Below are positions 52,467 to 64,000 of a DNA stretch of 64,000 bases, one piece after another. This stretch comes from Octopus vulgaris (taxonomy: Eukaryota). The translations under genes were made by a program, and so were the position numbers. The stretch is from NCBI GenBank assembly GCA_951406725.2, contig OX597814.1, positions 147,126,001-147,190,000 of the forward strand, in the 5' to 3' direction. How positions within the stretch are numbered: position 1 is the first letter of the stretch; each line of letters opens with the position of its first letter. The notes beneath the pieces were generated by a model. That model ran no database searches and was not told the DNA's origin. It saw only the letters and a list, made by a program, of their open reading frames with translations.

Positions 52467-52672
52467 GTTAATCCAAACAAGAAAGCACAAAAAACACAAC
52501 AACGCGAGCACGTGGAACAAATATAGTATTATTGGACGCTCAGGAAAGAAGGAAAGAAGGAGGGTTTAACGTTTCGAGCGGAGCTCTTCGTCGGAAACAT
52601 AGGAGAAGGAAATATCCAGAGAAGGGAAGACAGAGGAAAAAAAATCACCAACGGTACACACGAGGTCACATT
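52467..52672 (-). mobile_element. Penelope-type terminal fragment with minimal hammerhead-like motif
   Basis: Homologous to 41865-42075. The minus strand of 52598-52564 reads GTTT CCGACGA A GAGC-TCC-GCTC GAAA CGTT AAAC. Confidence 0.72.
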
Positions 52673-53629
52673 ATATATAAAAGAGAATTGTTATTTTGCT
52701 ATTCGGCAACAGTCATGTTCCGTTATTCTCCAGTATACTTCTTTGCTAAATGATCTCATGTGTCGGTGACAGATATGCCACGTGCTTGCTATTTATAGTA
52801 AATGAAATACTTTTATACCATTGAGTATACTCATTGTCCTTCAAATATTAAACTGTACACACAAAAGTTTGCAGCGAATAAGGAACCTTTCTATTATTTG
52901 TGTATAAAACTGCACATATATCGCAATTCACGGAAAATAATCCACGCATCTATTTTTTAATATATGTGCCTCGGCAAATTTGTCTTAAACTTCAACATTA
53001 CACGACTCATACTTCAACTCTACTGTAAAAGAATTCAGTGCAGAAAGATATTCTTTAAGCATTGTATCCAATTCAGTTTCTAAGCAATCATTCATCATAG
53101 GTTTTAATTGATTAATTTTCAATTATCCCCTATTTATTCTCTATGAAGATTTCTCCATCTACAAATAGTAAACATTTTGCACAATATTTCCTGTTATGCT
53201 TTTCTCTTTCTCGTACTGCATAATTTCACGATTAGTCTCTTCTACAGCGTAATATTGATCCAAACTTTCATACGTATAAAGATTGTCTCAGCATGAGACT
53301 CGGTTGTGATTTTCGAAAAACATTTCTCTCAAACGACATTCATTGTTTTCAAGAATGGAAACTGTCAGTTTAGCGACTAAATTTGTAGCTTTTGCCCGTA
53401 TATTTTTGGTAAGTCGCCACAAACGAAATATATTTTCTGATTACGAATTTTATTGCTGCTGAAACTCTTAGGACTACTTTTACTTTTAGATTTTGTACGT
53501 TTTATTTCTTATTATTTGCTTATGTACTCACTTAATAATCCTTCTATTATAGTCACAAGGCCTGATTTTGAGAGAAGTTAGTTATATCGAGAAGCTGATT
53601 ATATAATTGCGAGAAGTTGATTTTAAGTT

Positions 53630-53780
53630 GATTATATTACCCCCAGTGCTCCACCGGGACTTACTTTATCAACCTCGAAAGGATGTAAAGCAAAGATGAC
53701 CGCAGTGGAATTTGAAATGAGAACGTTAAGACAGACGAAATGCTCCGAATCTTGTTAACGATTCTGCAAGCTCGCTGCCT
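53630..53780 (-). mobile_element. Degraded SINE (family B)
   Basis: Homology to 40291-40521. Confidence 0.7.
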
Positions 53781-53856
53781 TTTGTCTCATGAAATAATGG
53801 ATTATAGTAAATTCTCCTTTCTACGAGTATATCTATGTTGAAGGTATAACGTTTAA

Positions 53857-54072
53857 GGCGGCGAGCTGGCAGACACGTTAGCGCGCCGTGCGAAATGCTT
53901 AGCGGTATTTCGTCTGTCGCTACGTTCTGAGTTCAAATTCTGCCGAGGTCGACTTTGCATTTCATCCTTTCGGGGTCGATTAAATAAGTACCAGTTACGC
54001 ACTGGGGTCGATATAATCGACTTATTCCGTTTGTCTGTCCTTGTTTAGCCCCTTGTGGGTAGTAAAGAAATA
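53857..54072 (+). mobile_element. tRNA-derived SINE (family B), full length
   Basis: GGCGGCGAGCTGGCAG head, GAGTTCAAATT B box and the conserved core. Possible TSD GTATAAsGTT. Confidence 0.85.
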
Positions 54073-54929
54073 CGTATAAGGTTGCCAGTTGAAAGGGAAT
54101 AGAGAAATTGCTAGAGAGAGATAGTTTTTCATATTAATAAAAGAAAATGTAAAATGACTAGCTGCAGTGTCTCTAAAAAGAATTTGACTTTATTTGGTAA
54201 TTTCGTTCAGCGCGGGGTGTTTGTTTTCAAAGATATATTTAGACCATCGTACAGGGATCTCTACAGCAAAGTACGGTAGGTGCTTATCAACAGTGTTCAA
54301 GATATATATGTAGTAGAACGTTTTATAGGGCTGTTACTACATCTATAGGGCGTACACACACACACATTCACACACATGCAATTATAAAGATAGAGAATAT
54401 TGAGACTGATATATCCTTAAAATGTATTTCCTTTTATTTTTCAATTTGATGCATCATATTATTATGGCCATGGTGACCTACACATGTTTAGGCTGCACAA
54501 AGTAGGCAGTTGCACTAGAACCAGGCATAGTTTTCTGTGCAGCGTTGTTCAGGTGCGAATCGAACTGAATACAGTTATTAGCTTGTTGTTTAGGGTTCAG
54601 GGGAAAGGACATGTATTTGGGGAGTTTATGAGAGGGGCAAATTCGCTAAGGTTAAAACAAAATTGATAATTATTTAAATTTACTTAGGGATAGAAGTAAA
54701 ATGAACAGGTCCAGTTTAAACAAACTAATCTGGTCCCTTGAAGGTAGGACCACCGCTTTACCATGGAGTGTTAGAAGATTACTACAGCTAATTATCTCCC
54801 ATATGTGAATTATGTATAGAAGAAATGAACCTAAACTTTTCATCGAGACACAAATTACTTAACAGTAGTCTGGAAAAGACTTAAGATGTTTGCATAAGTT
54901 AGCAAAACATTTAAGAAGTTTAACACAAG

Positions 54930-55057
54930 TAATGGTTCAGGGTTCAGTCCCACTCCGAGGAATCTTAGACAAGCCTCTTCTACTATAGACTCGGATCGAC
55001 AAAAGCCTTGTGAGTGGATTTTGTAAACGGAAAGAAGTCTGTTGTATATATGTGTGT

Positions 55058-55090
<33 letters not shown>
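54930..55090 (+). mobile_element. Partial SINE (family A)
   Basis: GGTTCAGTCCCACT...AAAGCCTTGTGAGTGGATTT matches 10160-10280. Confidence 0.75.
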
Positions 55091-55092
<2 letters not shown>

Positions 55093-55119
55093 TTTTTCAA
55101 TGTGTACGAATAACACGGA

Positions 55120-55900
55120 AAATAAATAACACGAAGGAGATATTTGGGAAGTTTTGTATTACTTTTGAATACTGTCTTGGTGTAATATGGGTTGCATATC
55201 TTTTGTATCTTTTCGGAGAGGCCTTTCACATAGGGTAGACAGACAGTGGACAATTTATAGGTTTCACCCTCTCTTTTTTTCTTCCTAGTTGGTGTGGAGA
55301 GTATGATTTTTGAGAGTAGTTTTTGCTTAGTAGATTGTTACTGAGCTTGGTCATTTCTCCGTGGTGGGTATCACGATCGCTACTTATATTCATTGCTCGG
55401 TGTTTTAGGCACTGAGCAATCCTTCTCTTTACACTGTATGGATGGTGGGAGTTGAAGTTGAGGTATCTTCTAGTGAAGGTCTGCTTGCCATATACAGATG
55501 TCTTCAATACATTGTAGGTGCGTGTTCTTAATACGGCCAGGAATGCTAGCTGATTGTCTTTTTCTTTTTTCTATTGTGAACAGCATGGAGGGCTTTATTG
55601 AGTTCACGTGATCTAACAGCACTTGGATGTCTTTCTGGTGGGGTCAGAGTATGAAAGTGTCGACATATCGCAGCCGTAGGGTTGATTTTAGGAGTGTTGA
55701 TACTAAAGCCAAATTATCAACGAATTCCATATATATATTGGCTATTATCAGTGATAATGGCGAACCCATAGCTAAACCCTCCTCTTGTCGATATACATCA
55801 GTGCCCATACTGAAGTAGGTAGTTTCTACACAGAAGGTCAACATTTCCATCAAGTTTCTTATTAGTATACTAGTGCGATCTTTTAGATAGGTGTCTTCAT
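55120..55900 (-). mobile_element. Penelope-like RT fragment (Poseidon/Penelope-type)
   Basis: YRQEEGLAMGSPLS..IANIYME, LRYVDT, TSVY.K.TFT.RYLNFNSHHP and CLPYVKGLSEKI. Confidence 0.88.
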
Positions 55901-56359
55901 TCGGGATCTTTCAATGAGCTAGGCTTGAAGCGACCTCATTACAGTTAGTTGTTTGTTGATTAAATGCGAGGAGGTAGTTTTCAATCTGAAATTTAACCAT
56001 TAGTAAGCTTTTGCGGTTGGATTCAGTTTCACACCAGTTGCTGGCCTAAGGCAGAATTCTATTTAATTGGTCGAAACTTATGTTAATATTTTGGCAGTCT
56101 TTTTTGTGTATTGTAGTAGATGGATACTTAATAAACTTACTTTCCACTATAGTTCTTGTAATGCATTTTAATTGAGGGTGGTACAATTGTATGTAATGTT
56201 TTTAGCTATTCAGATATTTTCACATCTGTGGAATGTCTGCTGGATAGTAGAAAGAAGAAAGAATATATACTAGGTGAATTAAGAAAAGATAATGAATTTG
56301 GGAAGTTTAGAACATGTGCTGCTATCCTTATTTTCTATCCTTCTATCCTTCTTTTCTCC

Positions 56360-56690
56360 CCCAGCTGCGTGTACTCCATCCCATGCAGCTGTGGTAAGAT
56401 ATACAAAAGCGGAACATGCCGCCCCCTCAAAATAAAGGTAGAGGAACATCGCAAAGTTGTAACACATGGAGATATTGATAAATCAGGTATATCTGATCAT
56501 GTATGTAAAAACGGAGACAACCTTCTCCTGTGGATGAAATTAAAATAATAGGCAGACAATACCACTGGAAAATAAGAAAACTAAAAGAAGCAGCACATAT
56601 GCTAGGGCACAACAACCTCCTAAGCATACCGAGGGCATATATGAATATCATATGGGAACCGGTATTAAGGAAGGATAGGAGAATATAATA
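56360..56690 (+). mobile_element. Penelope-like GIY-YIG endonuclease fragment
   Basis: CVYSIPCSCGKIY..GT.RPL....EEH...KSGISDH, followed by RKLKEA. Confidence 0.8.
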
Positions 56691-56726
56691 TTTATAACCC
56701 ATAAAATTCACTCCGTAATTGCCCAC

Positions 56727-56778
56727 GGGCATATGGCGCAGTGGTGAAGAGCGTGGGCTGCTAACCCTAAGATTCCGA
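56727..56778 (+). mobile_element. tRNA-like SINE head fragment
   Basis: GGGCATATGGCGCAGTGGTGAAGAGCGTGGGCTGCTAACC has an A box and D-arm-like start, and is truncated before a full T-arm and acceptor stem. Confidence 0.5.
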
Positions 56779-56817
56779 TAAGATGTTAGTGTCAAAGATA
56801 ACCTATTGAAGGTCTTT

Positions 56818-56860
56818 ATAATAATAATTATGGTAACAACAACAACAACAACAACAATAA

Positions 56861-56915
<55 letters not shown>

Positions 56916-56937
56916 TATAATAATAATAATAATAACG

Positions 56938-57014
<77 letters not shown>

Positions 57015-57015
57015 T
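56818..57015. repeat. Long (ATA)n/(ACA)n microsatellite
   Basis: Direct reading. Confidence 0.97.
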
Positions 57016-58447
57016 AAACTTAGTGGTCTGTTACAATTTCACTTTCTCTACTACAAGTATAGATTAAAATATGTTCTGAGATTATATGAATTGTTATTGA
57101 AGTGCTTGATTGTGAAAATGTTATCAATGGTTTGTCATGGACTTTTAGCATACACTGCGAAACTACAGCCTAAAAGACAGATGAGAACTCGACTCAAGCA
57201 TTGGTGTTAGGGAAACCAAACCATACCAAATGTTGTGCTATCCCGATATCGCTGCCGCCAAACTGAACATGTTTAAATAAACCAGACATTTAATGGTTCG
57301 TTGTGGCATGTGGAAAAATGTCTACTGGCAATGTCCATCTGAGGATTTCATTACAGGTGTCCCTTTTACAATATTTTAATCATGAAATTATAACTGACCC
57401 AAGAAAATAAAAGAAGACTCTTACACAATGTAAAGTGGTATAGGATCAAACCGGGAATTACATGATTGAAAAACGAACTTCTTAACTCCACGACTATAAA
57501 AAGGAAAAAATGCCATTTCTTCTGATCTTCCTTTCATTTAAGAATATGCGTCTTATATTTCAAGCCAGTAAGAAACCAATATATTCACATATTATATTCA
57601 CTGCAAGTAGGGCAACTAAATAGCTGACCTGCATTTTTTAACATGACTTGGAATTGCTAATCAATAAAACGTTAGAAGAAATTTCTGCACAACTGATGTA
57701 GAGTTTCATTGATTCATCTTACAAGATTGACGGACGTAATATAAATAAGAGAAACAATGATTTCCTTCTCTAATGCTCTTCATATTTTCCTCCTTCCTTT
57801 GGGGATATGTCAAAAGATAAGCTTTTCAGCAGTATCTAGACAACATTAATGATGTGTAAAACGACATTACGAAATAAATCAATGACAATCCCTGATAACT
57901 ATTTCAGAAGGCATGTCATAGTGTATTAGAGATTTTTCTAGTTAGATATTGACAGTAATGGCCAACAATTGGACGATAAACTGAGATATCTAGTGTTCAG
58001 TTGTGTTATCAAAATTGATGTCATTCATAAAACTCTGCTGCACCCAGGGATGAGCTTGTTATATTCACATCATTTCTTTTCTGTGGTTTTTCCTATCTCT
58101 TCTTCTGTATATCTATCTACATCTATATATTTCGGGCCCTATCCCAAAATTTCTCTATATCTATCTTTCACATCTCACACTCTCTGTCAATGAGTTAATG
58201 CACACATTTATATAACCACGCACTTTAATACAACATATTGTTTATCTCAACACTACTTAGTGCGCTGCCTCTCCATTACCGACTCTCGCTTAATAATTCT
58301 CTTTTCCTATATGTTATATATATATATATACACGAACACATATAGGTATATATATATATGCAAATATATACGTATACATGTACACACACTTACATACGTA
58401 CATACAGGCAAACATACATGCATACATATATATATATTTATGTATAC

Positions 58448-58497
<50 letters not shown>

Positions 58498-58884
58498 GTC
58501 TGTATATATATACATGTATGTGTATATGCAACTAGTGCATAAGATGTATACAACAGATGAGCGCACTAACAAAGACCTCGTAACACAGTACTAGAGAAGA
58601 TTAACATAAATAACATGATATAAAGACAGTAATGTTAAAAATACTTCCTCATCAATGTCACGTTCCAAGATTTAACTCGCGAACTAGCTCTTTAATGACC
58701 AATGCAATGTATAAATTCCACTGAAAAGTGGGAGTCGTAAATTTAATGTTTGTAACTGGTCTAGTGAGTGTACACACCAGTAAAACACACTACTACCGTT
58801 GTCACATGCGACCGCAAGTAAGAATGGTAGAGCTCTGCATAACAAAACAAACATTATAAATACAAGTGATAAACAATTAAGTAA

Positions 58885-58968
<84 letters not shown>

Positions 58969-59065
58969 GTGTATATATATCTATCTCTGTCTCTCTCTCT
59001 CTATATATATATATATAAATACATATACATTCATATGTACATATACATACTCATACACACACATA

Positions 59066-59109
<44 letters not shown>

Positions 59110-60126
59110 TCTGTGTGTGTGTGTGAATGATGCAAGCTGTAGACCACACCACACATCTGTATGAGTGAAGTATCTACATCAGCTCACATCCATGAACAAC
59201 TAAAAAATATCAGCAGTTAGTGAAACGTTGGCAGACATATGCATCTCAGAATATGAGACTTAGCTTGGACATTCATTTTATGCAGTACCCTACCAGTCAT
59301 TACTGAACATATTAGAAATTTCCAAGCAGAATGTGATCTACAGGCTTTTCATGAAGGTCTATTACCACAAAGAACATTCCCAGCTGCCATCTACACATGT
59401 CCATCCCATAGGAGCAACAATTGTTTCAATATCCAGGACCTTGTTTGTGTACCTCGTATAAATGCTCCACTTAATGATTAGGTAACCTTTCCAAAATCGG
59501 TTATTGGGCTTTGGACATTTAGTAATACAAACAGTATCGGCAAGCCAAATTATCAATGACCACTTGGTGACTTGTTCCATATCATGAGAAATAGAGAAAC
59601 AAAAACATACGGCATGAAGAAAGCCTAGCTTACATATTACGAATTGATTGTATATCCTGGGATGTACAATGTCAGGTTGCTCATGAATGATGTACGGTGA
59701 CAGGTTTTTGCTGAGGTACTTAGAAGTTAATCAGCGACCTAATTGTTTCCAAATAAAATGGGGTGGAGAGGAGTCAATTTGTGGAGCTAATGCGTGTACA
59801 TCACCAATCAGGAAAGAATGGTCAGTGGGAGTCATGAAATAAATGAATTTCTCATTAACATGTAAATGATTTAACATGTAGCGGAAATAAAAGGTGCCAA
59901 TGAATGAGTAGAAATGATTTTGTGATGTTGAACATATGAGAAAATAACGAGGAAGCCGACTAAAACTGCAAGGACAGCACACATGTAAGTGAAATATATG
60001 TGCGTCTGAATGCAGTATTATATTTAAAGAAGTCTACAAACACAACAAAGATATGAATGAAGACAAAGGATAGTGGAGATTGCGAATATCAGCAACATCG
60101 TCAAACAAAGGAAATCAGTGAAAATT

Positions 60127-60177
<51 letters not shown>

Positions 60178-62245
60178 AGTAGTAGTAGTAGTAGTAGTTG
60201 TTGTTGTTGTAGCAGTAAGGTGAATAGCGTTGAAGTCCTCACCTTGAAAAGCAAACGTTACTTTACGACGTATGTGGTGCAAAATATTATTAAAAAATTA
60301 ATAAAAGCTGTTGAAATCCTACTATTTATTGAAAAGACTATATTTTTCTCTGTTAAATTGTAGCTAGTAGGTCTCTCGGTTATATGTCATCTGGGATAAG
60401 TGACGTTATCAAATTTCGTCTCATTGTTACAATCAATATTTTAAAAAATTTCCTTTAGCATTCAAGTATCAGTGTTAACGCTTTCTACGGCGAATAGGGA
60501 GATGTTTCATAAAGTTTATTTTTCTCTCTTCAATGACGGACACTATTCAAAACATTATGATACATAACAATAAAACACTACCATATAAAAATCAACGTGG
60601 CATGTTCCAATAAATTTTCCACTTAAATCGCACAGAGAAAATTCCTTCAAAATATTGAATTTAGCTTAATGGATCGTAAAATAAAATACAGTGTCAAAAC
60701 TGCAGCAACAAAATCGAGTAAAAGATTCACATAAGCTATGCTCGTAGCGTAATTCTACGCTTGATCTGTTGCACAAAATTAAACAGATCCAACAGCGTTC
60801 AAATACAGTTGTATATTTGCAACTACAGTTAATTTTTTAAAAATTACTACGTATTTCTAAGCTAGCTTTCCAATAATATCGTCTCAGGCATTCAGTAAAC
60901 AAGTAATTGTGTTACTTTCGTTTTAAATCTGTAAACCGGTCTAATATATGCCATAGGAAAAAATCTAAGTTTTTGATTAATAATATACACTTTTGACAAG
61001 CATAGAATATAAAAATGTTTTTATCTGTTTCTAACTTATATTCTTTATTGCTTATTTAATTGTGCTTCCATTGTTTTTGTCTTCCAATTTTCTAACAAAT
61101 CCGTAAAATAGCAAATGGGAAGCTGTCAAAATATCATTCCAAATATTATAAAGTAAAATGCCAAAAGCCATGTGAATTCAATAGCTGGCAAACAACTTAA
61201 ATATCTTACTTAATCAAATTAAACAACGACTGAAATTGCTAAAATAGGTAACACATACATTTACCAATCGGTCACGTCTTTAAAATAATTATCTTTTCGC
61301 GATGGTCATAACCTAAAGTAACATTTTTATATAAATAAACAAATCTGACAATTTGCCGATAGGTCAACATAAAAATCAGAATCACAAACTCATTATGACA
61401 TTTCTGGCCATCGTATAAAATCAATTAAGAGAATCAGTGTTGAATTTTTTTTTTTCAGACAGAGCGGAAATTGATATTTTTTATGATATCATCAGTATGT
61501 GATATACAATTAATTGTGTGTGTGCATATATTTGAACAATGCTTTTACAACATCTAGTTCTGTTTTGATTTTTATATTCCTACCCCACATACACTAACTG
61601 TGTCATCCGGTCTCCTAGGTCATCGTATTCACCTTCTGTGTAATTGCAACGACGATATTAACACCTGGTGAATATATACACGTTGTATGGACATACGAAT
61701 TCAGTAAAACCCACATGAGCTTGACAAGTCGTCTACGAGCCTGCACTCTCCCATTATCCTCTCATATTCGAGTCTTGAACCCATTTATCTGTTTTAACAC
61801 TATGTACGCATTTTACTTCCTGCAGTTCAACACAAGCACTCACCGTGTCCCCACTAATCTATCTTCCCATAGGAACCCGTAATAACTTACAAAAATTATT
61901 CGATCATAGCTCTTCCAACTCTTGCCTTTCCTGGTTCTTCAACTTATCTGTTCCGTTGTCAAATCTTTCCGTTGCTCACTATCCCCCACCTTTCTCAAAT
62001 CGCTCAACAGCTGCGGCTGCCACGTATTCAAATCTCCCTTCTGCATTTTTACGGACGTCATCCAATATTGTAATGCTCCAATTACGATGTTTTATATTCT
62101 TGTAAATCCGAAAAACCCTTCGCAGAGTGATTCACGGAATATCTGTCAGCTATCCGGCTCAGGAAAATATCAGAGGCTGTTCTAACTTCGAAACATATGC
62201 CTTCTCCCTCCAAGCACATATACAGAAACTCCTCCAGAATTCTTT

Positions 62246-62287
<42 letters not shown>

Positions 62288-62540
62288 CATACATACACAC
62301 ACACCCACATATACATACACTAACACATGCCTGTGACTGAATTCTCTCTTCTTCAATAAAGCACCCCATTTATAGGAACATTCAACTTTCGGTGAGCCAC
62401 CAGGTAGCAGGTAGTTCAACATAAAAGGAATGTTCCAACAGGTATTTTGTTAACAGTAACATGTCTCTTGGTTTTAAAATACCAACCTTCTATTGACTGA
62501 CTTTCTCTGACAAATGTATGTACTTATGTATGTATGTATG

Positions 62541-62574
<34 letters not shown>

Positions 62575-63378
62575 TGTTTGTATGTACGTAACTTTCCTCA
62601 AGACTCCTTCAGTACTAGAATTTGTGGTACTGTTGACGCTTTGATATATTGCAGCATACTGTATCCCCGTGTAACATTCCAATGGAAGTGTGGCCATGTT
62701 AAATTGTCTCCTTGGTTAAAAATAAATACTTTCCATCACACAGACATTCATATAGTTTTCTTTTACGACATTTTCACTGAAAAATATTTTGCTCCACCGT
62801 AATATATGTTCAATAAATTCAGATTAACTTGCTCCCTCACTCTCTTAATTGTATTTTCTCTCTGATGTCTTGCAAACAACTTACACATGAAAGTGCTACC
62901 AGTCAAAAACTCCGCATACCGGAAGCCAGTAAGCGCATGGGGTCATCAGGAGAGAATGCGCACCGTCTCGGGGCCTACCTCTCATTGTATTTTCTCTCTG
63001 CCACTCATTACCTTCTGCGTACATACAAATACACATATGTATATATATATTTTGGCAGGTTCGCTAGAGTGTCTGATAAATTACATTGCTGTAGTCAATT
63101 CACCTTTCTTAGCTCTGGGTTCAAATCATGCTAAATTACTTTATCCATTCATCGTTTCAGGTTCGACAGAAATAGCAGCACAACTATACTTCTCTCTGTA
63201 TCTGTCTGCCTTTCTCTTTCACTCTGTTGTGGTCAGATCTGGAGAGGGGTAGTTTCTGCTACTCTGTATACTAAAAAAAAACAAAAAATATATATATAGT
63301 CTATGTATCAATCTATCAGCCTTTCTATCTTTATACAGACACACATAGACAAACACTCAAACACAGACATGCACACAC

Positions 63379-63616
<238 letters not shown>

Positions 63617-64000
63617 AATATAAACTACAGTTACAGATAAATATTAAAGAGAACTACAAAGATGCCAAGAATTTATTTGATCATAGTGGTGGAAAACAGT
63701 GTAATGAATAAAAATAGTAATTTTAAATATCAATACATCAGAAGACGTAGAGAAAAAAGAAGCAAACATTAGAAATAAAACGCCTTCGAGAAATCGTGTA
63801 ATATCTGCATAAGGTCAGGATAGAATTTGAGAATTTTTTTTTTAAATCTAAAGCAAACTCAAAAATATTTTTAAATAATTACAAGTCCCCTCCGCTAGAA
63901 ATGAGGTAAAAAAATGAAAGGATACAATATGTTCACTAAAGAAGTTTTGTAAAACACATCTAACATCTATTGCTTAGAAATATAGTTGGAAACAAATTTT

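Noticed and set aside
56727-56778. tRNA gene
   Set aside because: No complete cloverleaf. It is better explained as a SINE head.
57200-63300. Host gene exons in the less repetitive stretches (also 26000-31500 and 33700-34300)
   Set aside because: No ORF has a recognisable domain or a consistent splice pattern. Short exons cannot be excluded without RNA-seq.

Overview
Eukaryotic, AT-rich, microsatellite-dense non-coding DNA. The repeat content looks like an octopus/coleoid cephalopod genome, which is an inference. No host exon can be supported, and almost all ORF-track entries are translated microsatellites. The window holds transposon remnants: CR1/L2-type LINEs (one with an open 645-aa RT frame), a decayed Tc1 DD34E transposon, several Penelope-like elements (PLEs; RT + GIY-YIG), R4/Dong-like RLE fragments in (TAA)n, L1/Tx1-like ORF1 fragments, Helitron-like ends and two tRNA-derived SINE families. 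The standout is 47781-52447, a near-identical ~491-bp tandem array arranged as two divergent inverted arms (~3.4 copies on -, ~6.1 on +) inside a (TA)n tract. It lies between two Penelope-type termini. Every full unit encodes a complete type I hammerhead ribozyme (stem I ATTTCTTA/TAAGAAAT, CTGATGA, GAAA, GTC cleavage triplet) with an unusually long, G-U-rich stem II extension. The rest of the unit folds into G-U-rich hairpins on the same strand. This fits a young non-LTR retrozyme predicted to yield ~491-nt self-cleaved, probably circular, RNAs. Degenerate minimal hammerhead-like motifs also occur in PLE termini, and several other insertions show fold-back inversions.
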